The notes beneath the pieces were generated by a model. The model was given only the letters and a program-made list of their open reading frames with translations, did not search any database and was not told the DNA's origin. From Hymenobacter metallilatus (GTDB lineage: Bacteria > Bacteroidota > Bacteroidia > Cytophagales > Hymenobacteraceae), in NCBI RefSeq assembly GCF_003944705.1, contig NZ_RWIS01000011.1, positions 155,253-187,252 of the forward strand: a DNA stretch of 32,000 nt, read 5' to 3'. The translations under genes and the position numbers were made by a program. Below are positions 8,631-17,164 of this stretch, one piece after another (positions within the stretch are counted from its first letter, which is position 1; every line of letters starts with the position of its first letter).

Positions 8631-9527
8631 TTACCGTTCCAGCGCCGCCCGGTCCCAGCCGGCCAGGGTGGCTCCGGCGGCGTAGGTGCTGTCGAGAAAT
8701 TCGCGCAGAGCGGCCGCGGGGTCGGGGGCGGTGCGCACGGCTTCGTAGGGCAGCAGGAATTCGCCCAGCTCCGCACTGTAGAAGGCGGCGGCCGGCCGCA
8801 CCGGGGCGTCGGCGAAGCCGGCTGGGGCGGGGGCAGTGTAGGCGTAGAAGGCGGCCTCCTGCCCGTTGCCGCCGGGCCAGAAACCGTGGCTGATGACCTC
8901 GTGGGAGTAGGCCTCACGGGTGATGCCGTCGGCTCCGGGGCGGGTTGGGGCCAGGCGGCCGGAAAAGCGCGTCACGGCCAAATCAAACGAGCCCCAGAAG
9001 AAATGCACCGGGCTGCACTTGCCGATAAACCCGGACCGGAACTGCTCCAGCACCGGCGTAATGAGCGTGAGGACCCGCCAGAACCGCTGGGCCGCCGCGG
9101 GGTCGTAGCTGGCGTGCTGCTCGTCTTCGGCAAAGGGAATCGGGTGTTCGATTTCCACCGGCACCGGCCAGATGCGCACCTTAATGCCCAGCTCGGCCAG
9201 CATTCGTTGCACCTCGTGGTAGAAGGCGGCCACGGAGCGGGGCTGCAGGGCCAGGCGCTGCTCGGCCCCGTCGCTGCACCGGATGATGAGCTGATGGTCG
9301 AGGAAGTCGAAGTCCATCTGGAAGCTGCGGCCTTCGTAGGGCATGGCCGAGGTGGTGAGGCCTCGGGCCGAAACGTAGAGCGGCACGTTCCAGAAGTGGT
9401 TGACGAGTGGGGTAGTAGCCAGCCGGATTTTGCCCACGACCTGCGTGTACAGGTGCAGGGTAGCGAGGGTATCGGCCCAGGCGGCCAGGGGCAGGGCGGG
9501 CCAGGATGTGGCGGAGGCGGTAGGCAT
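8631..9527 (-). CDS. DUF5996 family protein
   Basis: WPALPLAAW.DT..TLH.YTQVVGKIRLA...L.NHFWNVPLYV.ARGLTTS and the later FFWGSFDLAVTRFSG blocks match my recollection of DUF5996. I chose the ATG at 9527; the track ORF begins at a TTG at 9569. Confidence 0.75.
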   Translation of the reverse strand: MPTASATSWPALPLAAWADTLATLHLYTQVVGKIRLATTPLVNHFWNVPLYVSARGLTTSAMPYEGRSFQMDFDFLDHQLIIRCSDGAEQRLALQPRSVAAFYHEVQRMLAELGIKVRIWPVPVEIEHPIPFAEDEQHASYDPAAAQRFWRVLTLITPVLEQFRSGFIGKCSPVHFFWGSFDLAVTRFSGRLAPTRPGADGITREAYSHEVISHGFWPGGNGQEAAFYAYTAPAPAGFADAPVRPAAAFYSAELGEFLLPYEAVRTAPDPAAALREFLDSTYAAGATLAGWDRAALER

Positions 9528-9690
9528 GGCAGGCGGGGTAGCAGGTGAAACGTGCTGATAAAGACGCAACTTAGGCCCGGCGCGTTGGGAAAAGGCCGCT
9601 GGTATTTCGGGGCCGTTTGCTTCGGGCCCGCCAGCCTCCGCAACGGGCTGCCAAAAATCCGCGTCTGTACCCCGTATCTACTCCCTTTCT

Positions 9691-10566
9691 ATGAAAAACG
9701 TCCTACGCCTGCTGCTGCTCCTGCTGTTGCTGGGCCCCGCCGCCCACGCCGCCACCGTTGATACCGTGGCCATTGCCAGCGCCGCCATGCAGCGCACCTA
9801 CAAGGCCGCCGTGGCCGTGCCGGCCTCCTACGCCAAAAACAAGAAAGCCCGCTACCCGGTGCTCTACCTGCTGCACGGAGCCTACGGGCACTTCTCGGAC
9901 TGGAGCAGCAAAACGCCCGACAAAACCCTCATCCACCGCCTCGCCGACCAGCATAACCTCATCATCGTGATGCCCGAGGGCGAGACGTTCAGCTTCTACC
10001 TCGATTCGCCGGTGAACCCCGGCAGCCAGTTCGAAACCTACATTACCAAGGAAGTCATCGGGGCCATCGACCAGCGGTACCGCACCGTGGCGCGCAAGGA
10101 AGGCCGGGTTATTTCGGGCCTGTCGATGGGCGGGCACGGGGCGCTGTACCTCTCGGGGCGGCATCCGGAGCTGTTTGCCGCGGCCGGCAGCATGAGCGGG
10201 GCCCTGGATTTGAGCATCACCAACCGCAAGCTCAACCCCCAGGAAGCCCAGCAGCGGCAGAGCCTGTTCAACCCCATCCTCGGCCCCGAAACGCCCGCGC
10301 CCAGCCTGTACAGCACCAACTCGGTGGTGAACATGGCCGACAAGCTCTACACCAACGGCCTGCCCCTCATCATCGACTGCGGCGTGGACGATTTCCTCAT
10401 CGACATCAACCGCGAAGTGCACCGCCGCCTCGTGTACAACCACACCCCCCACGATTACACCGAGCGGCCCGGCGCCCACACCTGGGAATACTGGCAAAAC
10501 GCGCTGCCCTACCACGTGCAGTTCTTCCAGCAAGTGCTGGACGCAAACGGAGTGATGGTGAAATAG
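9691..10566 (+). CDS. Secreted esterase (esterase D / CE1-like alpha/beta hydrolase)
   Basis: Signal peptide, YPVLYLLHG motif, nucleophile elbow GLSMGGHGA, and a C-terminal H..W..W block. Confidence 0.9.
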   Translation: MKNVLRLLLLLLLLGPAAHAATVDTVAIASAAMQRTYKAAVAVPASYAKNKKARYPVLYLLHGAYGHFSDWSSKTPDKTLIHRLADQHNLIIVMPEGETFSFYLDSPVNPGSQFETYITKEVIGAIDQRYRTVARKEGRVISGLSMGGHGALYLSGRHPELFAAAGSMSGALDLSITNRKLNPQEAQQRQSLFNPILGPETPAPSLYSTNSVVNMADKLYTNGLPLIIDCGVDDFLIDINREVHRRLVYNHTPHDYTERPGAHTWEYWQNALPYHVQFFQQVLDANGVMVK

Positions 10567-10621
10567 AGACGCAATAGGTTACGGCTCGCCGTTGCGGATT
10601 TGGTAGGCGCAAGAGCAGTTT

Positions 10622-10736
10622 CAGAACGGTGTAGAGACGCGACACTTCGCGTCTCCTCGTTGAACGACCGGAACCGCGCCTAATAAACAACCTCAGCACG
10701 CGCCGAGACGCGAAGTGTCGCGTCTCTACATCGTGC
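10622..10736. repeat. GAGACGCG double-hairpin element, copy 1
   Basis: Hairpin GAGACGCG-acactt-CGCGTCTC (10634-10655) and the inverted hairpin GAGACGCG-aagtgt-CGCGTCTC (10705-10726), with conserved flanks CAGAACGGTGTA.. / ..TACATCGTGC. It is near-identical to 18799-18949. Confidence 0.9.
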
Positions 10737-10823
10737 GGGTCACCCAACGGGTTCCGTATCTTCACCGCATTAACGCGTGGTGGTTACCCCACCTCACCGA
10801 ACTACGGGTTGCTCCAGAAAAGC

Positions 10824-10860
10824 AAAAACCCCGGACTGTTGGTACCAGCCGGGGTTTTAA
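10824..10860. terminator. Bidirectional rho-independent terminator
   Basis: AAAACCCCGG (10825-10834) / CCGGGGTTTT (10849-10858). There is a T-run on both strands, longer on the minus strand. Confidence 0.7.
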
Positions 10861-11033
10861 GAAGCAGGTGGGCAAAACACCTTACTTCTACTCGCATGAA
10901 GAGGAAGCGTGTTAAAGCGGAAGAGCCGGACAAAGTCGGGCTGTTTCGCGTGCTGCTCGAACTGGGTAAAACAGTTCTGAGCGGCGTAGTTCGCGCCGTG
11001 GTAGCCGAATGGCTGCACCGGCACTAGAACGGT

Positions 11034-11075
11034 AGCAGGGGTGGGCCTTCGGGCCGGCTCCTGCTATTTTGCTTT
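11034..11075 (+). terminator. Rho-independent terminator (plus strand)
   Basis: GC-rich stem AGCAGGGG..GGCC-TTCG-GGCC..CTCCTGCT with a TTCG tetraloop, followed by ATTTTGCTTTC. Confidence 0.65.
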
Positions 11076-11207
11076 CTGCGTTTCAGAAAGTGCGTATGCA
11101 AATGTAAACAAATACAGACGAATACGGACGCGGTGTGTACGCAAATGCGACGGCACAGTTTGCGAAGCGTCTGTATTCGTCCGTAAAAGTCCAGCCTGAA
11201 AGTTTTC

Positions 11208-14200
11208 CTAATGCGCCAGCACGGCTTGCTGCCGCTGGGGGTGCAGTTGCGGGTCGTCGCCGTAGTGGGTGTGCTGGGCGCGGTAGGCGCGCTCGAAAAT
11301 CAGGGGGAAGATGAACAGGGTGAGGACGGTGCCGGTGATGAGGCCGCCGATAACCACAATGGCCAGGGGCTTGGAGGTTTCACTACCGATGCCGGTGCTA
11401 ATAGCAGCGGGCATGAGGCCGATGGTGGCCATCAGGGCCGTCATGACCACGGGGCGGACGCGGCTGGTGACGCCCTCGTGGATGCTGCGGTCCAGGCTGA
11501 GTTTACGCACCATGTTCTGCTTGAACACCGATATCAGAATCACCCCGTTCTGGATGCAGATACCGAACAGGGCGATAAACCCGATACCGGCCGAGATGCT
11601 GAAGTTGGTGTGCGTGATGAGCAGGGCCGCAATGCCGCCGATGATGGCAAACGGCACGTTCAGGAGCACCAGCCCGGCATCTTTCAGGTTGCCGAACAGG
11701 ATAAACAGGATGAAGAAGATGAGGGCCAACGACACCGGCACCACCTGCGTGAGGCGCTGGGTGGCGCGGCGCTGGTTCTCGAAGTCGCCGGTCCATTTCA
11801 TGCTGTAGCCTTTGGGCAGGCTTACCACGGCATTCACCTTCTTCTGGGCTTCCTCGATAGTGCTGCCCATGTCGCGGCCCCGGATGCTGAACTTCACGGC
11901 GGCGAAGCGCTGGTTGTCGTCGCGGTAAATGAGCGAGGGGCCGTTGACGTCGCCGATGGTGGCAATTTCGGAGAGGGGAATGGTGGTGCCGTTCTGGGTG
12001 GGCACCATGAGGGCGGCAATTTCCTCGGGCGTCTGACGGAACTGCTCCTGGTAGCGTACCCGGATGGGGAATTTCCGCTCGCCCTCGTACATCTGCGAGG
12101 CCTGCTTGCCGCCCACGGCCATTTCCAGCACCGCGTTGGCGTCGGCTTTGCTCACGCCGTACTGGGCCATGCGCTGCTCATCCAAATCCACGTGCAGTTC
12201 GGGCTGACCGATGTTGCGGAGCACGCCCAGGTCGTCGATGCCTTTTACCTTTTTGAGGATGCCGTACACCTGGCGGGCTTTTTCCTCCATCAGCTTCAGG
12301 TCGGTGCCGTAAATCTTCACGGCAATGGAGCCTTTCACGCCCGAGGCGGCTTCCTCCACGTTGTCGGTGATGGGCTGGGAGAAGTTAAAATCCACGCCGG
12401 GGAAGCGGTTGAGCTTTTCCTTCATGTGCTCAATCAGGGCTTCGCGCTTATCCTTGTGCTTCATTTCGGCCTCCACCGCGGGGGTGTGCTTGAGCTGCAC
12501 CAGAAACTCGTTGTTGTAGAAGCCGGTGGGGTCGGTGCCGTCGTTGGGGCGGCCGGTCTGGCTCACCACGTCGCCTACCTCAGGGAACGACAGGAACACC
12601 CGGCGCATCTCGTTGCAGAGCTTGTTCGACTCATCGAGGCTGATGCTCAGCGGCAGCTGGGCCCGCACGTAGATGGAGCCTTCGTTCAGCTCAGGCAGAA
12701 ACTCAGAGCCCAGGAAATGGAAGGCGCCCATGCCCAGCACTACGGCCACGGTGGCTACCAGCAAACTGGCGGTTTTGCGGGCGTAGGTGAACGAGAAGAA
12801 CCGCTGGGCGCCCTTGTTGATGCCGCGCACAAAGAAGTTGTCCTTCTCCACCACGTTCTTTTTCAGCAGGATGGAGGTAAGTACCGGTACCAGCGTGAGC
12901 GTGAAGATGAGCGCGCCGAGCAGGGCAAAACCCAGCGTCCAGGCCAGGGGGCTGAACACCTTGCCTTCCACTTTCTCGAACGAAAAGATGGGCAGCAACG
13001 CGGTGATAATGATGGCCTTAGAGAAGAAAATGGCCTTGCCCATGTCGCGGCCGGTTTTCTTGATGAGGCCCAGCTTGGCCAGCTTGTTGAAGCGCTCCAT
13101 GCCCATCTTGTGGGCCCGGTGGTCGAGGGCCACGAAGAGCCCTTCCACCATCACCACGGCCCCGTCGATGATAATGCCGAAGTCGATGGCGCCCATGCTG
13201 AGCAGGTTGGCCGACATGCCCTTCAGCCGCAGACAGATGAACGCAAACAGCAAGGCCAGCGGAATAATCACCGACACGATGATGGTGGTGCGCCAGTCGG
13301 CCATGAATACGAACACGATAACCGTCACCAGAATAATGCCTTCCAGTAGGTTGTGGATGACCGTTTCGGTCGAGAAGTCGATGAGCTGCTGCCGGTCGTA
13401 GAAGGTTTGAATCTTCACGTCGGAGGGCAGAATCTTCTCGTTCAGGTCGGCTACTTTATCCTTGAGGCGGGCAATAACTTCGGAGGGGTTTTCGCCCTTG
13501 CGCATCACCACAATGCCTTCCAGCACGTCGTCGTTCAGGCCCCGGCCCACTTTGCCAAACCGCGGCAAGGCCGATTCGTGCACGATGGCCACGTCCTTCA
13601 CCAGGATGGGCGCCCCGTTCACGTTCTTGATGACGGTGTTGTTGATGTCGTTGCTGTTGTTGAGCAGGCCAATGCCGCGCACCACGTAGTTCTGCTGGCC
13701 CTCGTTTATCACGTCGCCTCCCACGTTGATGTTGCTGCGCTGGATGGCGTTGTAGAGGTCGAGTGGGGTGAGGCCCAGGTCCTGGAGCTTGCCGGGGTTC
13801 ACGCTGATTTCGTAGTCCTTCACCTCGCCGCCGAAGCTGTTCACGTCGGCCACGCCGGGCACGGCTTTCAGGTTGCGCTCCACCACCCAGTCCTGCAGGG
13901 TTTTCAGCTCGCGGGTGGTTTTGTCCTTGCTCTTGAGGGTGTAGCGGAAAATCTCGCCGGTGGGGCCGTAGGGCGGCTGCACGTCGGGGTCGGCGCCTTC
14001 GGGCAGGTCGGCCTGGCTGAGCAGGTTGTTCACCTGCACCCGGGCAAAGGCATCGTCCACGCCATCATCAAAAATCACCTTCACTACCGACAGCCCAAAC
14101 AGGGTGGTGCTGCGGATGCTGGTTTTCTTCTGCACCGGGTTCAGCGCAATTTCGATGGGGGCCGTCACGAACTTCTCAATCTCCTCGGCCGAGCGGCCCG

Positions 14201-14369
14201 GCCACTGCGTGATGATGGTAATTTCGGTGTTGGTAACGTCGGGGAAGGCCTCGATGGGCGTATTCCGGTAGCTCATCACCCCGGCCACAATGACCACAAA
14301 AGTCATCAGGAACACGAAGCCCCGGTTTTTGAGCGAAAAGGCAATAATGCCCTGGATGAATTTGTTCAT
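11208..14369 (-). CDS. czcA: CusA/CzcA-family heavy-metal efflux RND permease
   Basis: 1053 aa with a 12-TM RND architecture. The N-terminus (MNKFIQGII.FSLKNR....L....V.AG..S....PIEAFPDVTNT.I.IITQWPGRSAEE.E) is typical of HME-RND pumps. Confidence 0.95.
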   Translation of the reverse strand: MNKFIQGIIAFSLKNRGFVFLMTFVVIVAGVMSYRNTPIEAFPDVTNTEITIITQWPGRSAEEIEKFVTAPIEIALNPVQKKTSIRSTTLFGLSVVKVIFDDGVDDAFARVQVNNLLSQADLPEGADPDVQPPYGPTGEIFRYTLKSKDKTTRELKTLQDWVVERNLKAVPGVADVNSFGGEVKDYEISVNPGKLQDLGLTPLDLYNAIQRSNINVGGDVINEGQQNYVVRGIGLLNNSNDINNTVIKNVNGAPILVKDVAIVHESALPRFGKVGRGLNDDVLEGIVVMRKGENPSEVIARLKDKVADLNEKILPSDVKIQTFYDRQQLIDFSTETVIHNLLEGIILVTVIVFVFMADWRTTIIVSVIIPLALLFAFICLRLKGMSANLLSMGAIDFGIIIDGAVVMVEGLFVALDHRAHKMGMERFNKLAKLGLIKKTGRDMGKAIFFSKAIIITALLPIFSFEKVEGKVFSPLAWTLGFALLGALIFTLTLVPVLTSILLKKNVVEKDNFFVRGINKGAQRFFSFTYARKTASLLVATVAVVLGMGAFHFLGSEFLPELNEGSIYVRAQLPLSISLDESNKLCNEMRRVFLSFPEVGDVVSQTGRPNDGTDPTGFYNNEFLVQLKHTPAVEAEMKHKDKREALIEHMKEKLNRFPGVDFNFSQPITDNVEEAASGVKGSIAVKIYGTDLKLMEEKARQVYGILKKVKGIDDLGVLRNIGQPELHVDLDEQRMAQYGVSKADANAVLEMAVGGKQASQMYEGERKFPIRVRYQEQFRQTPEEIAALMVPTQNGTTIPLSEIATIGDVNGPSLIYRDDNQRFAAVKFSIRGRDMGSTIEEAQKKVNAVVSLPKGYSMKWTGDFENQRRATQRLTQVVPVSLALIFFILFILFGNLKDAGLVLLNVPFAIIGGIAALLITHTNFSISAGIGFIALFGICIQNGVILISVFKQNMVRKLSLDRSIHEGVTSRVRPVVMTALMATIGLMPAAISTGIGSETSKPLAIVVIGGLITGTVLTLFIFPLIFERAYRAQHTHYGDDPQLHPQRQQAVLAH

Positions 14370-14397
14370 GGCTTTTGGAGAAGCTAGAAGGCGGTAA

Positions 14398-14581
14398 CTA
14401 GAGCTAGAAAAAAGGCAGTGCTAGCCTAGCTCCCCTCCTTAGAAAGGAGGGGCTGGGGGTGGTTGATAATCGGTTGGATAGTTTTTAGCACTAGCACTAG
14501 CACTAGATGACGGGCTGACGCTCCGGTCAACCACCCCCAACCCCTCCTTTCCAAGGAGGGGAGCTAGCTTTCTAGCTCTAG
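14398..14581. repeat. CTAG-rich nested palindrome filling the adaptor1-czcA spacer
   Basis: Outer arms CTAGAGCTAGAAA (14398-14410) / TTTCTAGCTCTAG (14569-14581) overlap the adaptor stop codon. The 39-nt inner arms 14428-14466 / 14527-14565 pair at 37/39. Each arm contains its own CCCCTCCTT..AAGGAGGGG hairpin. The centre carries (GCACTA)x3. Confidence 0.9.
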
Positions 14582-15678
14582 TCGTTCAACTCGTCGTAGA
14601 CCAGCAGCTGGTTTTGGGCGATGATGTGCTCCCCGTCTTTCAGGCCCGACTGCACGTAGCTCACGTCGCCCACGGTTTTGAAAAGGTGAACCTCCCGGGT
14701 TTCCACGTGGTTTTTGTCCTTGAACACCATCACAAAGTTGCGGTCCTTGTCGAAGACCACGCACTTGGCGGGCACGGCCAGCATCTGCTGGTTTTCGGTG
14801 TTGAGGACCTTAATCTGGGCGTACATCTCGGGCTTGAGCTGGTAGCCGGGGTTGTTGAGCTTCACGCGCACCTTCATCACCTTGCTTTCCGGGTCGAGCA
14901 CGTTGAACACCTTGTCGATGCGGCCCTGGAAATGCTTGTCGGGGTAGGAGAGGGTGGTCACGTCGGCCTGGTAGCCCTCCTGCACCTTGCTGATATCCGA
15001 CTCAAACACGTTGGCCATGATCCACACGTCGTCGAGGTTGCTCACCGTGAACAGGTTGCCCACGTTGTCGGCGTTGAACTGCATGTGGTCGGTCACGTTC
15101 TTCTCCGTGATGAAGCCCGAAATGGGGGCCCGCAGCGTGTAGGTGCCGTCGGCCGATACGCCGTACACGCCCAGCTGCTTGTTGGTTTTGCCCACGTTGC
15201 TCTGGGCCTTGCGCAGCTCCTGGCGGGCCAGCGTCACGTCGCGCTCCGAGGCCAGCCCCGATTTGTACTGGTCTTCCAGCACCGAGAGGTTTTTGCGGGC
15301 AATATCCAGGTCGGTGCCGGCGGTGCTATTCTGGTTCTGCAAGTCGGCAATTTCGCCGCTTTTGATGACGGCCAGGACTTGGCCTTTCGTCACATGGTCG
15401 CCCAGCTCCACGCTCAGCTGCTCCACCACGCCGCCCACCAGCGGGTACACCTTCACGGTTTTGTCGCCGTCGGTGGCAATCTGGCCCGAGAGGTTCAACT
15501 CGTCGCGCACGGGTTCCCGGCGCACCGTGTCAATCTTCAGCTCCCGCAGCATCTGGTCCGACATCGAGAAGCCGGCTTCGGCCTTCTGCGGGGCGTCAGT
15601 TTCTTCGGATTTCGAGCAGCCCGCCAATCCCAGGGCGAGCGGGAGGGCGAGGGGGAATAAGGGGAGGAGGCGGTTCAT
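14578..15678 (-). CDS. czcB: Efflux RND periplasmic adaptor (membrane fusion protein), lipoprotein; adaptor 1
   Basis: I chose the ATG at 15678 (MNRLLPLFPLALPLALGLAGCS lipobox); the track ORF extends through the repeat upstream. HlyD/CzcB-like barrel-sandwich, coiled-coil and beta-barrel blocks. It lies directly upstream of czcA. Confidence 0.9.
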   Translation of the reverse strand: MNRLLPLFPLALPLALGLAGCSKSEETDAPQKAEAGFSMSDQMLRELKIDTVRREPVRDELNLSGQIATDGDKTVKVYPLVGGVVEQLSVELGDHVTKGQVLAVIKSGEIADLQNQNSTAGTDLDIARKNLSVLEDQYKSGLASERDVTLARQELRKAQSNVGKTNKQLGVYGVSADGTYTLRAPISGFITEKNVTDHMQFNADNVGNLFTVSNLDDVWIMANVFESDISKVQEGYQADVTTLSYPDKHFQGRIDKVFNVLDPESKVMKVRVKLNNPGYQLKPEMYAQIKVLNTENQQMLAVPAKCVVFDKDRNFVMVFKDKNHVETREVHLFKTVGDVSYVQSGLKDGEHIIAQNQLLVYDELND

Positions 15679-15864
15679 ATTGGTTGAGGATGAAGGATTA
15701 AAGGATGAGGGATAAAGGATTGAAGGATGATGGATAAAGGATGTAGGAGTTGAAAAAACCAAGTGGCGCAGTCCCTCTACTCGTATGGCAACTTCTTGAT
15801 AGGGAAGTGCAAAGGCCCTTAGTCCTTCATCCCTTATCCTATATCCTTCATCCTTTATCCTACT
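15677..15864. repeat. GGAT-rich strand-skewed palindromic element, copy 1 (OMF-adaptor1 spacer)
   Basis: An 82-nt run without any C (15677-15758), made of GGATGAAGGAT/GGATAAAGGAT-type units. The opposing G-free run (15823-15864) includes ATCCTTCATCCT (15843-15854), the exact complement of 15687-15698. Confidence 0.9.
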
Positions 15865-17140
15865 GAAACACCGGGCGGCCCACGGCGTAGTTGAGTTGTT
15901 CGAAGGCGCGCACCCGGTTGGCGCGCAGGTTGTTGAGCTGCACCAGGTTGTTCTTGTAGCTCTCGTAGAAATCCAGGAACTCCACGACGGTGAGGTTGCG
16001 CTTGGCATAGCTCTCGTCAATGCCCTTCATCAGGCGGTCGAAGTCGGAGGTTTCCCGGTCGGTGCCCTGGTAGAGCTGGTCGTTCTGGCGGGCCAGGCGC
16101 CAGGCTTCCTGCACGTCGTTCTGCACCTGCAGCTGCTGCTGGCCCAGCTGGGCCTTGCTCACCTCAATCTGGTTCTGGGCCGTGCGGATATTGCCCTGGT
16201 TGCGGTTGAACAGGGGCACGGCCACGCCCAGCGTGAGGGCGTTGTAGTTCTGGATGTAGTTGCCGGCCCGGTCATACACGTAGCCCACGGCCAGGTCGGG
16301 GGTAGCCAGGGCGCGCTGCAGGCGCAGGTTCTGGGTTTGCTGCTGCACGGCGGCCTGGCGGGCCTTCAGGTCGGCGCGGTTCACCTGGGCCGAATCGATG
16401 AGCTGCGCCTCGGTGCGGTTGGTCAGGCTCAGGGCTTTCAGGCGGTTCTGGTCGGCCTGGGGCAGGTAGTAGGCCCCGGTGGTGTCGCGCATCAGGGTGC
16501 GCAGGTCGGCCTGCTCCGAGGCAATGTCGTTGAGCAGGGCCTGGCGCTCGTTGCGGAGCTGAAACAGGAAGGCTTTTAGTCGGATGACCTCTTTCAGGGC
16601 AATGTTGCCCTTGTCGTATTGGCCCTGGTACAGGCTCACGGTGCGCTGGAAGCTGGCTACTTCCTTGTCGTACACGCCCACGCTCTGCTGCTTGAAATAC
16701 AGGTCGTAGAAGGTGCTGCGGAGCTGGTAGCGCAGGGTGCGCAGCAAATCCTGAAAGGTAAACTGCTCCACCAGCGCATTCTGCTGGGCCACGCTGGCGG
16801 CGGCTTTGCGGCGGCCGGCTATGGCAAACAGCTGCTGCACCTGCACAATGGAGTTGCCGGTTTTGGTCACATCCAGCACCTTGTGGGTGAACTGGTTGTA
16901 GGCGTTCTGTTCGATGGAAACCGTGGGGTTGTCCCAGAGCCAGGCTTGCAGAATCTGGGCCTCGGCCGCCGATACGTTGTAGCGCTGGGCCAGCAGATTC
17001 AGGTTGTTCTGGATGAAGCGCTGTTCGGCGTCGGAAAGGGTAAGCCGCACCGTGTCGCCGGCTAGGGGAGCGGCCGTGGCGGGGCGGGTAAGAAGGCTGA
17101 GCAGCAGGGCCGCCATCAGCACGAAAACAGAGCGTTGCAT
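15860..17140 (-). CDS. czcC: TolC/CzcC-family outer-membrane efflux protein
   Basis: ATG at 17140 gives the signal peptide MQRSVFVLMAALLLSLLTRPATA; the track ORF starts at a TTG at 17167. Two OEP-type repeats rich in Q/L/A/N coiled coil. It sits in operon position upstream of the adaptor and pump genes. Confidence 0.88.
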   Translation of the reverse strand: MQRSVFVLMAALLLSLLTRPATAAPLAGDTVRLTLSDAEQRFIQNNLNLLAQRYNVSAAEAQILQAWLWDNPTVSIEQNAYNQFTHKVLDVTKTGNSIVQVQQLFAIAGRRKAAASVAQQNALVEQFTFQDLLRTLRYQLRSTFYDLYFKQQSVGVYDKEVASFQRTVSLYQGQYDKGNIALKEVIRLKAFLFQLRNERQALLNDIASEQADLRTLMRDTTGAYYLPQADQNRLKALSLTNRTEAQLIDSAQVNRADLKARQAAVQQQTQNLRLQRALATPDLAVGYVYDRAGNYIQNYNALTLGVAVPLFNRNQGNIRTAQNQIEVSKAQLGQQQLQVQNDVQEAWRLARQNDQLYQGTDRETSDFDRLMKGIDESYAKRNLTVVEFLDFYESYKNNLVQLNNLRANRVRAFEQLNYAVGRPVFQ

Positions 17141-17164
17141 AACCGGATTCGGTGGTTGGTTATG

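Noticed and set aside
10406-10765. 119-aa minus-strand ORF (and 18645-18926, 93 aa) in intergenic regions
   Set aside because: Both read straight through the GAGACGCG double-hairpin repeats, giving peptides such as ..RDAKCCVST.. and ..VETRHFASRR... These are repeat-derived ORFs, not genes.
10809-11027. 72-aa version of the small plus-strand ORF
   Set aside because: Its first 17 codons run through the bidirectional terminator hairpin at 10824-10860. Only the shorter ATG-10896 version is conceivable, and that is reported as a low-interest finding.
11211-14387. Very long plus-strand ORFs (712 aa, 344 aa and others) opposite czcA
   Set aside because: They lie antisense to a strongly recognisable RND pump gene. 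Their translations are low-complexity (G/H/A/V/E-rich) with no motifs. This is the typical stop-codon-poor antisense frame of GC3-rich genes.
14440-14560. AAGGAGG Shine-Dalgarno-like sequences in the adaptor1-czcA spacer
   Set aside because: They are halves of the CCCCTCCTT/AAGGAGGGG internal hairpins, lie 70-190 nt from the czcA start codon, and Bacteroidota generally do not rely on SD pairing.
15679-16020. N-terminal extension of the adaptor-1 ORF (480-aa version) overlapping the OMF gene
   Set aside because: The extension translates the GGAT-rich repeat and overlaps the 3' end of the OMF gene. A canonical lipoprotein signal peptide starts at the ATG at 15678.
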